Below, piece by piece: positions 61,992 through 64,000 of a stretch of DNA of 64,000 bases (positions within the stretch are counted from its first letter, which is position 1; each line of letters starts with the position of its first letter). The stretch is taken from the NCBI GenBank assembly GCA_051313645.2, contig JBNRSN020000035.1, positions 18,848,001 to 18,912,000 of the forward strand, given 5' to 3'. Position numbers and translations under genes: made by a program. This DNA is from Centroscyllium fabricii. Its lineage: Eukaryota. The notes under the pieces were generated by a model that saw only the letters and a program-made list of their open reading frames with translations, did no database searches and was not told where the DNA came from.

Positions 61992-62862
61992 CAAGAACAT
62001 AAATAGGAGTCGGCCATTCAGCCCTTCGAGCCTGCGCCGCCATTCAATGAGATCATGGCTGATCTTCTGCCTCGACTCCATTCACCGGCCCTATCGCCAG
62101 ATCCCTTGATGCCCTGATTGGTCAGAAATCTGTCGACTTCTGTTTTGAATATACCCAATGACTGAGCCTCCACAGCCCTCTAGGGTAGAGAATTTCAAAG
62201 ATTCACCAGCCTCTGTGTGAAAAACTTTCTTCTCATCTCAGTCCTGAATGGCTGACCCTTTATCCTGAGGCTGTGACCCCTGGTTCTAGACTGCCCAGCC
62301 AAGGGAAACATTCTCCCGGCATCCATCCTATCAAACTCTAATAATTTTGTATGCTTCAATGAGATCCCCTCTCATTCTTCTGAATTCAGGAATGTGCGGG
62401 TTAGGTTGATTGGCCATGATAAAAAAAAATTGGCCCTTAGTGTTAGGGGGATTAAATATGTGGGCTTACGGGGATAGGGTGGGATATGTGTCGGTGCAGG
62501 CTCGATAGGGATCGAGGGATATGGGGACAAGGCGGGGACAGGGTACTGGGTTTGGATGATCAGCCATGATCTCATTGAATGGCGGAGCAGGCTCGAAGGG
62601 CCGAATGGCCAACTCCTGCTCCTATCTTCTATGTTAATACAGGCCTAGTTTACTCAATCTCTCTTCATACGACAGTCCCCCCATCCTAGGAATCAATCTG
62701 GTGAACCTTCGTTGCACTCCCTCTATGGCAAGTATATCCTTCCTTGGGTAAGGAGACCAAAACTGTCCACAATATTCCAGGTGTGGTCTCACCAAGGCCC
62801 TATATAATTGAAGTAAGACTTCTTTACTCCTGTACTCAAATCCTCTTGTAATGAAGGCCAGC
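61992..62862 (-). mobile_element. CR1 3' fragment containing a 5'-truncated HE1 SINE (62391-62633, +)
   Basis: LYRALVRPHLEYCGQFWSPY..QRRFTRLIP (62634-62873 -); HE1 V-domain 3' part and long tail. Confidence 0.85.
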
Positions 62863-63000
62863 AGATTCAACATACTGTTGAGCCTGGGGGGTTGAGCCTG
62901 GGGGAGTCCATTGATAAATTTATGTTGGTTAAGGGTATTAAGCGATATGGTACAAAGGCGGGTAGACGGAGTTAAGATACAGATCAGCCGCGATTAATTG

Positions 63001-63196
63001 TGATGTGGAGGTGCCAGTGTTGGACTGGGCTGGACAATTGTAAGAAGTCACACAACACCAGGTTATAGTTCAACAGTTTTATTTGAAATCACAAGCTTTC
63101 GGAGCGCTGCTGATGAAGGAGCAGCGCTCCGAAAGCTTGTGATTTCAAATAAAACTGTTGGACTATAACCTGGTGTTGTGTGACTTCTCACAATTG
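63001..63196. mobile_element. Second Penelope-derived palindrome with a hammerhead core, inserted in a CR1 3' tail
   Basis: Arms 63035-63111 and 63120-63196, homologous to the 44561 element; CTGATGA-A-GGAGC-AGC-GCTCC-GAAA-GCTT at 63110-63138. Confidence 0.85.
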
Positions 63197-63256
63197 GTCT
63201 AATTGAATTGCGGAACAGGCTCAAGTGGCTTAATGGCATTCTCCTGTTCCTATGGG

Positions 63257-64000
63257 AGAGATTAAAGCAGCGGCAGCAACGAGAGGATAAAGAGCGGCCT
63301 GAGAGTGGACCTGAATCAAAGCAGCAGCGAGAGGATAAAGAGCGGCCCGAGAGTGGACCTGAATTAAAGCAGCGAGAGGATAAAGAGCGGCCCGAGAGTG
63401 GACCTGAATTAAAGCAGCAGCGAGAGGATAAAGAGCGGCCCGAGAGTGGACCTGAATTAAAGCAGCGAGAGGATAAAGAGCGGCCCGAGAGTGGACCTGA
63501 ATTAAAGCAGCGATGAGAGGATAAAGAGCGGCCCGAGAGTGGACCTGAATTAAAGCAGCGAGAGGATCGAGAGCGGACCTGAATTAAAGCAGTGAGAGGA
63601 TAAAGAGCAGCCCGAGAGTGAACCTGAATTAAAGCAGCGGCGAGAGGATAAAGAGCGGCCCGAGAGTGAACCTGAATTAAAGCAGCGAGAGGATAAAGAG
63701 CGGCCCGAGAGTGGACCTGAATTAAAGCAACAACGAGAGGATAAAGAGCGGCCCGAGAGTGCACCTGAATTAAAGCAACAACGAGAGGATAAAGAGCGGC
63801 CCGAGTGGACCTGAATTAAAGCAGCAGCGACAGGATAAAGAGCGGCCCGAGAGCGGACCTGAATTAAAGCAGCGAGAGGATAAAGAGCGGCCCGAGAGTG
63901 GACCTGAATTAAAGCAACAACGAGAGGATAAAGAGCGGCCCGAGAGTGCACCTGAATTAAAGCAACAATGAGAGGATAAAGAGCGGCCCGAGTGGACCTG
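63257..64000 (+). repeat. Minisatellite, 45/48-bp unit GAATTAAAGCAG(CAG)CGAGAGGATAAAGAGCGGCCCGAGAGTGGACCT, running off the window end
   Basis: Direct tandem repetition. Confidence 0.95.

Overview
Vertebrate genomic DNA, most likely a shark or other elasmobranch, judged from HE1-type V-SINEs and abundant CR1 LINEs. Bases ~8.8-51.0 kb (+) hold all coding exons I can find for ILF3 (NF90/NF110), with consistent splice phases throughout. That includes separate NF90 and NF110 3' ends and two extra upstream exons adding about 130 aa before the canonical Met. The last five exons of a KCNT (Slo2, Na+-activated K+ channel) gene lie on the - strand, tail-to-tail with ILF3. This may be a third KCNT paralogue, and it has an in-frame TGA 20 codons before its PDZ-type C-terminus. 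Introns are filled with CR1/L2 LINE pieces, HE1 SINEs, hAT MITEs, a Penelope fragment, Penelope-derived palindromes carrying minimal hammerhead motifs, and minisatellites. The most striking signal is a family of TA-flanked Tigger/pogo-like TIR elements with shared ends but different CpG-rich cargo that resembles captured gene 5' ends. One carries a recognisable first coding exon of CYB561D2/D1 with its splice donor. All homology calls come from recalled protein sequences, not database searches.
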